Below are positions 41,613-52,134 of a stretch of DNA of 64,000 nucleotides, piece after piece (within the stretch, counting starts at the first letter, position 1; each line of letters opens with the position of its first letter). The position numbers and the translations under genes were made by a program. This DNA is from Candidatus Poribacteria bacterium (GTDB taxonomy: Bacteria > Poribacteria > WGA-4E > UBA9662): positions 109,676 to 173,675 of the forward strand of contig JAYZAL010000088.1 in the NCBI GenBank assembly GCA_036339735.1, read 5' to 3'. Under the pieces are notes generated by a model. That model saw only the letters and a list, made by a program, of their open reading frames with translations, did not search any database and was not told where the DNA came from.

Positions 41613-43043
41613 TCAGATCCTGTTGGCTTCTTCAGGTCCATAAGTACCCGCGTGGTAGTAAAACACATCAGCTTTTCCAGAATCAATTTTTTCAAGAATG
41701 GGGGTAAAAATCTCCCAAGAATGGATGAGTTCTTCGTAACCAATAAATAGAGTCTTGTCTCCTTGAATTGCATCCAATAGTAGCCTTTCGTAAGCACCCG
41801 GCATTGTTTTGTTAAATCCGTCAACGTAACTAAAGTCAAGTGCTACGTCCTTCAGTACCATTCCTTTTCCAGGGACTTTGTTAGTTATAAAAAACTTCAA
41901 ACCTGCATCAGGCTGAACTTCAATAACCATCTTATTTGGATGGTGTGGGGACAGAAATATGTCGCCAGGCACCTCCTTAAATTGAATAATGATTTCAGTG
42001 GTACTTTTTGTCAGTGCTTTACCGGCTTGAAGGTAAAATGGTACACCACTCCACCTGTAGTTGTTAATAGCACATTTAATTTTGGCAAATGTTTCTCTTT
42101 TGGAGCCACTTGGTACGCTTTCTTCGTCAGTGTAGCCAACAACTGGTTTCCCGCCACATACACCATGTGTATACTGTCCTAAAATGCAATTCTCTAAAGT
42201 AATTTTCTCTATAGATTTAACTGCTTTATTTTTTTCAGCCATTATGCTCTCACTGTCGTAACTACTTGGTTTCTCCATAGCTACGAGTGCTAAAATCTGT
42301 AGGAGGTGATTCTGTATCACGTCTCGGATAATTCCTGCCCCGTCGAAGTATCCACCACGTGAGCCAATATTTTTATCTTCCTCCCAAGCAACAGTGACTG
42401 AATCTATGTAATTCCGGTTCCATACAGGTTCGAATATTAGGTTAGCAAATCGCATAACCATAAGATTCATTATTGCTTCTTTCCCCAGATAGTGATCGAT
42501 ACGATAAACTTGACTTTCGTCAAAAGTTTGATCAAGAGTTTTTCCCAAAGTTCGTGCCGACTCGGTATCATAACCAAAAGGTTTTTCGACAATTACAGAT
42601 GTTGACAAATCTCCCTTATTGACTGCGCCACATTCTCTCAGAGAATTAATAACAGGTTCAAAAACTGATGGTGGTATTGACAGATAGTACAAAACATTAG
42701 GTTGGCTTGGGAAATCTTTAGAAATACTGTCTAAGACTCTATGGAATTCAATAAAATTATCAACTGAATTGTACTCACCACTATAGTAATGAATGGTGTT
42801 TAAAAATTCTTGCAAAAAACCTTCCACCCAAAGCGTTTCATCAATACTGTTTTTGAGGTTGTCTTTGACAAGTTCCCTATATTCGTTGTTAGACATTGAA
42901 GTTCTTGAATATCCAGAAATTACGAAGTTATGCGGTAAAGCTCCAGATGTAAATAAGATATATAAAGAAGGCAAAAGCTTAGTTAATGCCAAATTACCCG
43001 AAGCTCCGAGAATAACTATTGAACTAGATTCATTATTAATCAT
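41613..43043 (-). CDS. zwf: Glucose-6-phosphate 1-dehydrogenase
   Basis: 'GASGNLA..K', 'VEKPFG', 'YRIDHYLGKE', 'GIIRDVIQNHLLQ', 'RWSGVPF', 'AYERLL'. Confidence 0.96.
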   Translation of the reverse strand: MINNESSSIVILGASGNLALTKLLPSLYILFTSGALPHNFVISGYSRTSMSNNEYRELVKDNLKNSIDETLWVEGFLQEFLNTIHYYSGEYNSVDNFIEFHRVLDSISKDFPSQPNVLYYLSIPPSVFEPVINSLRECGAVNKGDLSTSVIVEKPFGYDTESARTLGKTLDQTFDESQVYRIDHYLGKEAIMNLMVMRFANLIFEPVWNRNYIDSVTVAWEEDKNIGSRGGYFDGAGIIRDVIQNHLLQILALVAMEKPSSYDSESIMAEKNKAVKSIEKITLENCILGQYTHGVCGGKPVVGYTDEESVPSGSKRETFAKIKCAINNYRWSGVPFYLQAGKALTKSTTEIIIQFKEVPGDIFLSPHHPNKMVIEVQPDAGLKFFITNKVPGKGMVLKDVALDFSYVDGFNKTMPGAYERLLLDAIQGDKTLFIGYEELIHSWEIFTPILEKIDSGKADVFYYHAGTYGPEEANRI

Positions 43044-43333
43044 ATATTTTTCTATTCAATTATTTAATCTGAGGGTTTGATGTGCATTCATGTGTTAAAA
43101 GACACGCTGATACAATAGAATCAGTAAATTATAACCCACTACAGGACAAGCTTATTATTTTGGTCAATTATGCACGAGTGGTAAAAGAACGAATCAACCT
43201 AATGATGAGAACAGCCAATGAGATGAGACTTGGAATCCAAAAAGGTTAAGCCTATTAGTTTTGATCAGTTCTTCTCTCATCTATACATCAAGAATATAGT
43301 GAAGTGGAAAAGAATTTTGAAACAATCTTCTTG

Positions 43334-44569
43334 TTAGTAATTACCCAGTGCGGCGATTGCATCAGCAAAGGCTTTTCCGATTTGGCTAACAATTTTAGCA
43401 GACCCTAGGTAGTGATAAGCTGCATTTGAGACACCAGTTTCCAATATATGGATTTCTTCCGGAGTAAATTCATTGGCCTTGTAATTCTCTAAAATTTCCT
43501 CTTGCTCCTCGGGGGTCAGTTTTTTTTCTTTGCGTAAACTTCTCAAATTTTCTTTTACTTTGTTCATTCTTAGAGAAAGTTCGGCAAGTTGGGAATCCCA
43601 ATATTTTTCAGTGAGAACAGCCTGAACGTTTCCTCTAAATTCTGGTACTAGAGCTGGGGCTGACATGGATTGGCGAAACTCTCTGTGTATATCCGCATAT
43701 CTCTTCTGATTGGGACCATATTCAGCTATTGGACCTCCAACCCCCATAACACCAATGATAAAGGGTAGATTTGGTGTCTGAAGGTCTCTCCGTATATCCC
43801 GAATGAAATGGGTTAAAGCGTTGGTATACTCATCGTATCCACCAGGCTTCCCACGATCCGGATAAGTGCTTTGGTCGACCATGTCATTCCAGCCTTGGAA
43901 CCAAATAAAACCCGATAACTCATAGCCTGACACAATGTCATATGCTGGATAGATTCGCTTAATGTTCTTCAATACTTTTTCAATTTGTTTCATCATCAAA
44001 TGATAATATTTACCGGTTTTTTGCCTTTGATCAGTCTGGATTTGGCGAATGTCCTTACCTTGACTTCTTAATTTTTTCAGCTGTTTTTCATTGAACTTAT
44101 AAGGACCAGCACTGGGCGGACGAAAATCTGTGTGCAAGGATTTTCCACCCCAAGAAGTCTTAATAAGTAAAACGGGTTTATTAACGTATTTTTGCACATA
44201 GATACCAAAGGCGAACTCGGGCCCAATCTTGGTACTCGGGCCCGAAGCTCCATATCCTACAGTCAATTTTCCATATTTTTCGTCTTCTAATTTTTCTGTA
44301 TCAATCGCGGAAATCCAAACATTTTCGCATACAGTTGGCGTACCATCGGAATTTCTAAATGAATCGAGAATTGAAGCCGAGTCCGGGTCCATTCCCATGT
44401 GATCAAGTGTTCTGATATGGGCATGACCTTGCATATTCGATTGGCCAGCGAGAATATAAATTTTAAGTTGGCCTGAAACAACTTGTGTAATCGCAGTCAA
44501 AAGGATAATTCCAATAATTAGTATATGGTAAATGATATTTTTCCGTTGATTATAATATTTTATTATCAA
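43334..44569 (-). CDS. Sialate O-acetylesterase (SASA/SGNH) family protein
   Basis: 'ILAGQSNMQG', 'IGPEFAFG', 'IKTSWGGKSL..DFRPPS', 'WFQGWND', 'YHY'. Confidence 0.88.
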   Translation of the reverse strand: MIIKYYNQRKNIIYHILIIGIILLTAITQVVSGQLKIYILAGQSNMQGHAHIRTLDHMGMDPDSASILDSFRNSDGTPTVCENVWISAIDTEKLEDEKYGKLTVGYGASGPSTKIGPEFAFGIYVQKYVNKPVLLIKTSWGGKSLHTDFRPPSAGPYKFNEKQLKKLRSQGKDIRQIQTDQRQKTGKYYHLMMKQIEKVLKNIKRIYPAYDIVSGYELSGFIWFQGWNDMVDQSTYPDRGKPGGYDEYTNALTHFIRDIRRDLQTPNLPFIIGVMGVGGPIAEYGPNQKRYADIHREFRQSMSAPALVPEFRGNVQAVLTEKYWDSQLAELSLRMNKVKENLRSLRKEKKLTPEEQEEILENYKANEFTPEEIHILETGVSNAAYHYLGSAKIVSQIGKAFADAIAALGNY

Positions 44570-44589
44570 TTAGCAACCTAAAGCAGAAT

Positions 44590-46758
44590 TTATACTTTTG
44601 TCATTCTCCTTAATGAAACGGAACCAAACATAGAATCTGCATCGTCCTTGGAGATAGTTTCTGTGAATCTCTGATTTGTGACAGAGAGTATGCGAACACG
44701 GTAAGCCCCTTTTTGGTAATCAAAACTTTTTCCATCATCTTCATAAAGCTGAAATGTTCCATCAGCAATACCGTAATGACGTACTTCTAGATCACGACCT
44801 ATTGCTTCCTCAGTGTTCATCACATCTTGTTTTAGCATAGGTATTAGTGCTCCATCTTTGACGAACAAAGGAATTTTATCGTTTAGCAGTTCAGATTTTA
44901 CTAATAGAGTTGTATTAGAACCAACATATTGGCCACTATAGAAATCATACCATTTGCCTGGTGGTAAATAAACAGATCGCTCTGTAGATTGGTTTTCGTA
45001 AAAAGGTGCAACCATGATGGATGGACCAAACATAAACTGGTCCGTTTTTTCGATAATTTTACCCATAGCATAAGGGTCAGTTTCACTGTCAAGTTGGCCA
45101 TTAATTCTCGTCTCGATTTCAGTATTTCCAACATCTTCAAGTATCATAGCCCGAATCGGTGGGACACCGTTAAAATAGTAGTTGGCAAAAGAACTGTATA
45201 TGTAAGGTAACAAGCGCATCCGAAGTTGAATAACTCGACGAACCGCGTCTTCCACCTCCGGAAAACTCCAGGGTTGCAAGCCAGTAGCCCATGCATTTAA
45301 CTTAGCCATGGAAGAGAAACAAACTGTCTGCATCCGATTTAGCCATTCCCTTGCTGAGGAGGCATTTCTTATCTCAGGGGTCCATAAAATCCCACATAAA
45401 CTGGCAGATGAAATGCCGGTAATATACTCCTTGTGGTTATACGAGTCACTGTAAATAACAAACGGATACCCGGAGGCTGCTCCATTACTTGAACGCACAT
45501 TACCATAAGTTCGCTGATTGTTCTGTTTGAACAAATCCTTGTATAGTAATTCCTGCATTAATAATCCATATGTCTGGCGCATGGTCTCTCCTGAAGTTCC
45601 TGAAGGAAATGTTGCATGGTCTGGCCATAACCAGAAGTCGTATCCATCGACTTCATCCACCTTGTATCCACTGATACCTATTTTCAAATGCTCTGTGGTA
45701 TGTTGTTGTACCAACATTTGACGGGCTTGTCTCATGTAATAATCAGGGACCAGTCCCAACCAGACTAAGTGTGAGCCAGAATATGGGTATATTTTTTCGT
45801 AAATTCCACTTTCTGGAGAGATATAAGGGTTGACCCATAAGTTTACGCGCACTCCCCGCTTTCGAAGACGTTCTACAAATGAGAATGGATCTGAAAAGCG
45901 AGCCGTCTGCCATTCAAAGGTACAGGGGTAGGAAGAACTCATCCAACCCGGTTCTAGTCCAATAACATCTAAGGGAAACTGTTTTCTGTTGAAATCACTA
46001 ATTTCGGACTCAGTTTGATCAGCATCAAATGTAGCATGTACACGATGCCAAAACCCCAAACCCCAAAGTGGGGGTAAAGTACCGCCACCACAATAAAGGT
46101 TATAACGCTGAACCACGTCTAGCATACTAGTGCCACCGAAAATTATAAGCTCCATACCTTTTCCGATAATGTGAGCTTCCACAGCATCGCCCTGAGGAAC
46201 AGCTTGCCAAGGGTCTATTGATTCAGTTCCAGGCACAGGATTTCGGTCAACTGGCAATGGGTTATTCTGTGAATCTTTCCGATTACCTATTTGACAATAG
46301 GCTTTCATAAAACGTGCTGTATTAAAGAACACTCCGTATCCACGACTTGAAATATAAAAAGGAACTGGTGCATGAGTACGCCCATTTCCTTTGCCCCAAT
46401 GATCTGTATTCAAAGTGAGGACCGTTTTATTTTTATTCAAACCATCAAATTGGAGCCCAAAACCATAGATATGTTCGTCTGTCTGAGTAGGAATACGGAT
46501 AGTAATTTTCCCATCGTTATTCTGATAAGATGGCCTACAATTTTCAAACGGGAAATCAGCAGGCGAAAGTTCATTTATTCTATCTAATTGAGGAGGTTCT
46601 GCGGCTAAACTGATATAACGTTTTTCACTGTCTATATCTCCGATTTCCGATTTCCATACACCATTAGCAACAGACTGCCAATTCTCAATTAGATTCAGAT
46701 TTCCAACCTGTTTAGTTATTTCATTCATAATTTTTCCATATTCCATTGTTCTCAACAA
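44590..46758 (-). CDS. Glycoside hydrolase family 31
   Basis: 'PVPFYISSRGYG', 'LPPLWGLGFW', 'GYKVDEVDG', 'LRMRLLPYIYS', 'QFMFG', 'LYEDDG'. Confidence 0.9.
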   Translation of the reverse strand: MLRTMEYGKIMNEITKQVGNLNLIENWQSVANGVWKSEIGDIDSEKRYISLAAEPPQLDRINELSPADFPFENCRPSYQNNDGKITIRIPTQTDEHIYGFGLQFDGLNKNKTVLTLNTDHWGKGNGRTHAPVPFYISSRGYGVFFNTARFMKAYCQIGNRKDSQNNPLPVDRNPVPGTESIDPWQAVPQGDAVEAHIIGKGMELIIFGGTSMLDVVQRYNLYCGGGTLPPLWGLGFWHRVHATFDADQTESEISDFNRKQFPLDVIGLEPGWMSSSYPCTFEWQTARFSDPFSFVERLRKRGVRVNLWVNPYISPESGIYEKIYPYSGSHLVWLGLVPDYYMRQARQMLVQQHTTEHLKIGISGYKVDEVDGYDFWLWPDHATFPSGTSGETMRQTYGLLMQELLYKDLFKQNNQRTYGNVRSSNGAASGYPFVIYSDSYNHKEYITGISSASLCGILWTPEIRNASSAREWLNRMQTVCFSSMAKLNAWATGLQPWSFPEVEDAVRRVIQLRMRLLPYIYSSFANYYFNGVPPIRAMILEDVGNTEIETRINGQLDSETDPYAMGKIIEKTDQFMFGPSIMVAPFYENQSTERSVYLPPGKWYDFYSGQYVGSNTTLLVKSELLNDKIPLFVKDGALIPMLKQDVMNTEEAIGRDLEVRHYGIADGTFQLYEDDGKSFDYQKGAYRVRILSVTNQRFTETISKDDADSMFGSVSLRRMTKV

Positions 46759-47462
46759 ATATACTCTAGCCTTATGACAAGCGAATTTATGTATGAATGG
46801 TTGTACCTAGTAGTTTGTGATTGAAACGACGTTTTTTCTTACTTGATAGGAAGTCTTGATGCTCGAAATTTACTTCTTATACCCATTGTCCTAGAACTAG
46901 AATTTATTTATTGGTAGTTTCATTCTATAAATATTATCTATTAATTGAGACATTATAGCTCTTTTACAAAATCACGTTTGCTTACGCCTAGCATTAATAT
47001 AGATTCTGAGAAGAACCACACCACTATACTACACCCAATCCAATTCTTATATTTACAAAAATTGAATTATATCTGCTTATCCATTTGGCTCTTTCATTCT
47101 AATGTCGGATTTCCATATTTTTTATGTATTCGAAAATATAGAGTACTAATCCGATCCATTACTACGACAGTATTAGAAAGATTAGTACCTTTGTTCCGAA
47201 TAGTAAGTATCTGTTAAAATAAGTGAGATAGGATTTGATGTCGGTGGGCATATCACAATGAGCGAACCGAAACTGCAAACAATAAAGTTGAGAGTTTGGA
47301 GATCATCATTTTTTATTTTTTGCATTTTTTGCATAAAAACACATTCATCAGATACTAGAAAAAATAAATTTTTATTTGGCACTAAGTATACAATTTTTAA
47401 TATTTACAGCATCTGAGGCTTTTGATTCATACAATAAATTTAAGACTTTATAAGGTTAGAAA

Positions 47463-50432
47463 ATGTCAGTACTTCCAGAGATAACAATGCATCTAGGACA
47501 AGATTTTGGTGGCTTTTCGGTCACAGGGGTAACACCTCTTGAAACTTTACGTTCAGTAGCTTACCAACTTGAACATAAAAAAAGTGGAGCACGGATAATT
47601 CATCTGCATAGCGAAGATACAGAGAATTTGTTTTCGGTTAGTTTCCCAACTCCCCCTCCGGACAACACCGGAGTCTCTCATATCCTCGAACATGCAGTTC
47701 TCGCAGGTTCATCTAAATACCCTGTCAAGGAACCTTTTTTTGAAATGATAAAAATGAGTATGGCAACATTTATCAACGCCATGACAGGTTCAGACTGTAC
47801 ATATTATCCGGTAGCAAGCAACGTTGAACAAGATCTATTCAACTTGGCTGAAGTCTATTTTGATGCAGTTTTTCACCCTTTACTGACTGACCAGACGTTT
47901 AGAAGAGAAGGACACCACTTTGCTCCTCTAGACCCAGAAAAACCGACCGGCGATTTGACCATCACGGGTATTGTCTACAATGAAATGAAGGGTGCATTTT
48001 CTGACCCAGAATCCCGACTTTACCGATCCGTCTCACGTGCTCTTCTTCCTGACACAATCTATGGTAGAGAATCTGGAGGTGATCCAGATGCCATTCCCGA
48101 TTTGACCTACGAAGGATTAAAAGATTTTCATCGAACTTATTATCACCCAAGTAATAGTTATTTCTTCCTCTATGGAAATATACCAACCCAGAAGTATCTT
48201 GAATTTTTATCAGACAAACTCAGCAATTTCAATCGTATTGGCATTAATACTAAAATTGAACCTCAGGTTCGGTGGAGTCAACCAAGATCCATAGTCGACA
48301 AATATCCGATTGGTGTGGATGAATCATCTGAAGAAAAAACCTACTTGGCAATTGAGTGGTTAATTGGTGATGCCACTGATGCTGAGGATGTTGCCCTACT
48401 TTACATTCTCAGCCTCATTTTGCTAGGCAATGAAGCTGCCCCTTTAAAAAAAGCAATTATCGGATCAAACTTAGGCGCCGATATTATTGCTTCAGGAATA
48501 GGTGGAATAGGTAAAGAAAGTACCTTTAGTCTTGGCCTGAAGGGTAGCGAACCTGATTGTCTTGACGATTTTGTCCAATTAGTGACCGAAACCCTCTCCG
48601 AAATTGCTGACAGTCCAATCGATCCCGAAAGAGTAGAGGCTGCTTTTCAGCAATCGTCGTATCACTACCTCGAAATCCAATCAATGTTCCCATTACATAT
48701 GATGAGACGAGTAATTAACTCATGGATTTATGATAAGGATCCTTTGGTGTTCTTGCGGATGAATGAGCATCTGTCCAATTGTAAACGTCGCTATGAATCC
48801 GATCCACAACTGTTTAACCAATTAATACGTTCGCGTCTGTTGAAAAATTCTCATCGTCTTACAGCCGTATTAAAACCTGATAGCCAAATGCAGGCAAAAA
48901 ATGACATGGATTTTGCCGAGCGGATGAAACAGGTACGCAGCCAATTTAGTGACGATCAAGTTGCACAAATTTCTGCTGACGCACGAGAACTAGACGAGTT
49001 AAATAGTCAACCCAATCCTCCTGAGTTGCTAGCAAAATTACCACAGTTAAAAATTCATGATTTGCCAAATCGACTCACACACATCCAGACAGAAGTGGAA
49101 GTAATTGATGGTGTCGAACTTTTACAAAATAACGTCTTCGCCAACGGTGTCAACTACTTAGCTTTAAACTTTAGTTTGAAAGGAATGCCACCCGAACTCT
49201 GGTCTTATTTGCCTCGTTATACCGAATCAATTCGGAAAATGGGGGCTGCGGGTATGAGTTATGAACAAATTGCTCAACGGTCATCAGCATTCACTGGTGG
49301 AATTTCCTGCCAAGCCGACTTCGGTACTTGTATCGATGATCCACATCATTCCTCCTGGAACGTCCAGTTTAATTTGAAAGCACTAGACAACCAAATTTCT
49401 TCCGCCTTAAAGGTGTTACACGATTTGCTGTTTTCAGTTGATCCAAGCGACAAGAGACGCTTACAGGATGTACTTCAGCAGGCACAAGCTAGATATCGAA
49501 CTAACATGGTTTATGACGGTTCAGGGACAGCAACTAGCCATGCGGCACGGGGTTTAACGATTGAAGGGTATTTGTCTGAAATCGTGTATGGATTACCACA
49601 ATTGTCACTTGTGGAAGGATTTAATAATAATTTTGATGCCCATAGTGACGATATTATAAGTCAAATCGAATCTATACGTGATTTTTTGTTAGTTGGTGGT
49701 CGAATGACTGCAAGTTTCACTGGCTCAAGAGATTCAGCTCAAGAAGTACAACAGACCTTAAAAGATTGGATCTCGAAAATGAGTCGTGAATCCATCGTTA
49801 ATTCTCCAACCGACTTTAAACGATACGAGGTTTCACCTTGCGAGGGATTAGCTGCCCCAATTCAAGTAGCTCACTGTGCGCAAGTGATTCCAGCCCCTCA
49901 TTACTCCCATCCAGATAGAACACCTCTGATGGTGGGAGCGCACCTAGTTCGACTTGAGTATATTATGAACGAAATTCGATTTAGGGGTAATGCTTATGGG
50001 GCTATGTTTAATTATAGTCCACTCGGTAGTACACTAACCCTCGGTTCCTACCGAGACCCGCACATTAGTAGAACCTTAGAGGTTTTTTCTGGTGTTTCTG
50101 ACTATATTCGCAAGGTTGAGTGGACCCAAACTGACATTGACCGCGCTATCATAGCCACCGCAAAACAGTTTGAAAGACCCATTCGACCGGAAGTTGCAAC
50201 TAGTCAGGCTTTATATCGACACTTAATTGGACAAACCCCTGAAATTCGAGAGCAGTATTATGATGAACTTCTGAGTGTCACTCCTCAAGAAGTAAAAAGA
50301 GCTCTATTGGATCTGTTAGAAAATAATTTTGCAAAAGGTGCAATTTGCGTCGTATCTAGCCGGGAAAGGCTAGAAGCCGCGAACAAAGAGATGTCCAACC
50401 AACAATTGATCATTGAGGATATTCTTGGTTAA
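47463..50432 (+). CDS. M16C (PreP/insulinase-like) zinc metallopeptidase
   Basis: Inverzincin HxxEH 'HILEH', 'TFINAMT', 'GIVYNEMKG', 'YYHPSN', 'AYGA', 'SYRDP'. Confidence 0.95.
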   Translation: MSVLPEITMHLGQDFGGFSVTGVTPLETLRSVAYQLEHKKSGARIIHLHSEDTENLFSVSFPTPPPDNTGVSHILEHAVLAGSSKYPVKEPFFEMIKMSMATFINAMTGSDCTYYPVASNVEQDLFNLAEVYFDAVFHPLLTDQTFRREGHHFAPLDPEKPTGDLTITGIVYNEMKGAFSDPESRLYRSVSRALLPDTIYGRESGGDPDAIPDLTYEGLKDFHRTYYHPSNSYFFLYGNIPTQKYLEFLSDKLSNFNRIGINTKIEPQVRWSQPRSIVDKYPIGVDESSEEKTYLAIEWLIGDATDAEDVALLYILSLILLGNEAAPLKKAIIGSNLGADIIASGIGGIGKESTFSLGLKGSEPDCLDDFVQLVTETLSEIADSPIDPERVEAAFQQSSYHYLEIQSMFPLHMMRRVINSWIYDKDPLVFLRMNEHLSNCKRRYESDPQLFNQLIRSRLLKNSHRLTAVLKPDSQMQAKNDMDFAERMKQVRSQFSDDQVAQISADARELDELNSQPNPPELLAKLPQLKIHDLPNRLTHIQTEVEVIDGVELLQNNVFANGVNYLALNFSLKGMPPELWSYLPRYTESIRKMGAAGMSYEQIAQRSSAFTGGISCQADFGTCIDDPHHSSWNVQFNLKALDNQISSALKVLHDLLFSVDPSDKRRLQDVLQQAQARYRTNMVYDGSGTATSHAARGLTIEGYLSEIVYGLPQLSLVEGFNNNFDAHSDDIISQIESIRDFLLVGGRMTASFTGSRDSAQEVQQTLKDWISKMSRESIVNSPTDFKRYEVSPCEGLAAPIQVAHCAQVIPAPHYSHPDRTPLMVGAHLVRLEYIMNEIRFRGNAYGAMFNYSPLGSTLTLGSYRDPHISRTLEVFSGVSDYIRKVEWTQTDIDRAIIATAKQFERPIRPEVATSQALYRHLIGQTPEIREQYYDELLSVTPQEVKRALLDLLENNFAKGAICVVSSRERLEAANKEMSNQQLIIEDILG

Positions 50433-50589
50433 AGTGATTTTGGGTTAGAAGGTTTTGAATCGACGAAGATAATAAGAGAGTGAGCTAAATAAAAAATGAA
50501 ATTAGCTGAACCTGTATTATTGATCCATGTAAAATTGAAAGCATCTATTAATTTTAACTAATTGCATCTGGCTTTCCTCTCCATTATTC

Positions 50590-50655
50590 TTTTTGGCTAT
50601 TTTTGCAGCCGACCACAAAAATGTATTTCGTGTCGGCTGCAAAAATAGTCAAAAA
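50590..50655. repeat. Long intergenic inverted repeat (24-bp arms, one G-T mismatch)
   Basis: TTTTTGGCTATTTTTGCAGCCGAC (50590-50613) / GTCGGCTGCAAAAATAGTCAAAAA (50632-50655). Confidence 0.85.
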
Positions 50656-50790
50656 ACTAATTCTGAAATTCAATATATGATTACTAGTTAAGATAATTGT
50701 CTATACGATAATCGATCTAAAAATTATCAATGCAAATCGTCAAAAGGTAAGAATATTTAATGCAATCGAGATTTAACTGAGAGGATCAAA

Positions 50791-52017
50791 ATGGAAACTA
50801 AACTTGCAATTTATGGTGGTAAAAAAGTCAGGGAGACACCATTTCCCAGTCGGAAGCCGTTTAGTTCAAGAGAGGAAGAACTACTTATACAGGCAGTACG
50901 TAGTCAAAATCTGTTTGGAAAAAGTGGTACTATGGTCAGGGATTTTGAAACACGAATAGCAAATTTTTACGGAGTATCCTTCGCGCAATCTTCAACCAGT
51001 GGTACGGCTGCTATTCATTCTGCTATTGGGGTAGTTAACCCTGAACCAGGAGATGAAATCATTACAGCACCGATCACTGATCCTGGCAGTGTAATGCCAA
51101 TTCTAATGCAGAATGCGGTTCCTATTTTTGCCGATGTCGATCCATTAACGCTAAATATGCGACCAGATTCGATTGAAGCTAATATTACCGATCGCACGCG
51201 CGCAATAATCCTTGTCCACTTATTTGGTCGTCCATGCGATATCGCTCCAGTTGTTCGCATTGCGCAAAAGTATGATCTGATACTGATTGAAGACTGTTCT
51301 CAGACGCATGCTACTAAGTATGAGGAACATTATGCTGGAACTTTTGGTCATATGGGTTGCTTTAGCATGCAACAATCCAAACACATGACCACAGGGGATG
51401 GTGGCTTTATTATTACTAACGATGAAGAAACCTATATTCGGCTCAAGCTATTCTCTGATAAAGGTTGGGACTATCAGTACATGGGTGATCGAGATCATGC
51501 CTTTTTAGCTCCTAATTACCGGATGACCGAACTACAAGGTGCTGTTGGTCTGGCACAATTAGAAAAAGTTCGGTCGGTCGTAGAGCGTAGAATCGAATTG
51601 GGAAACCGACTAAATGACAAAATCAGCTCAGCATCCGGGATTATGACTATTCCCCCAGAAGATAATAGAGAAGTATCTTGGTGGAACTATATTTTTCATA
51701 TTACATCACACAACCCCGATGTATTCTGCAGTGCTCTGAGAGCCGAAGGGATTTCTGTTTCTCCGCACTATATTAAAGATCCTATTTTTTTAAGGGGAGG
51801 ATTTTTAACCAAAGGTCAAACCTATGGTAGTAGTGGTTTCCCTTTTAATAGTCCTTACGTATCCAAGAATTACCATTACAGTCCGGATCTTGTACCAAAC
51901 GCGATCAAAGGTTTAAGTACAGTTGCAGTTATCGGAATTCACGAACAAATGAGCCAAGAGGATATTGATGATATAGCTGCAGCTATCAATAAAGTTGCAA
52001 ACCTTTTATCCAGATAG
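50791..52017 (+). CDS. DegT/DnrJ/EryC1/StrS family PLP-dependent aminotransferase
   Basis: 'SSTSGTAAIH', 'PGDEII', 'IEDCSQ', PLP Lys in 'FSMQQSKHMTTGDGG', 'NYRMTELQGAVG'. Confidence 0.93.
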   Translation: METKLAIYGGKKVRETPFPSRKPFSSREEELLIQAVRSQNLFGKSGTMVRDFETRIANFYGVSFAQSSTSGTAAIHSAIGVVNPEPGDEIITAPITDPGSVMPILMQNAVPIFADVDPLTLNMRPDSIEANITDRTRAIILVHLFGRPCDIAPVVRIAQKYDLILIEDCSQTHATKYEEHYAGTFGHMGCFSMQQSKHMTTGDGGFIITNDEETYIRLKLFSDKGWDYQYMGDRDHAFLAPNYRMTELQGAVGLAQLEKVRSVVERRIELGNRLNDKISSASGIMTIPPEDNREVSWWNYIFHITSHNPDVFCSALRAEGISVSPHYIKDPIFLRGGFLTKGQTYGSSGFPFNSPYVSKNYHYSPDLVPNAIKGLSTVAVIGIHEQMSQEDIDDIAAAINKVANLLSR

Positions 52018-52134
52018 ATTTATTGCCTCTTCTTTTCATATGTGGGGCTAGATAACATGAGTGAAGGACAGAATTTTTTCACAATTAAAAGACAAATTTT
52101 TCAATTAATGATATAGTCCAGAAGTTATGGGTCG

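Noticed and set aside
46945-47382. Two short intergenic ORFs (also 19464-19689, 39475-39657, 41242-41424)
   Set aside because: No convincing RBS or family signal; composition typical of AT-rich non-coding DNA.
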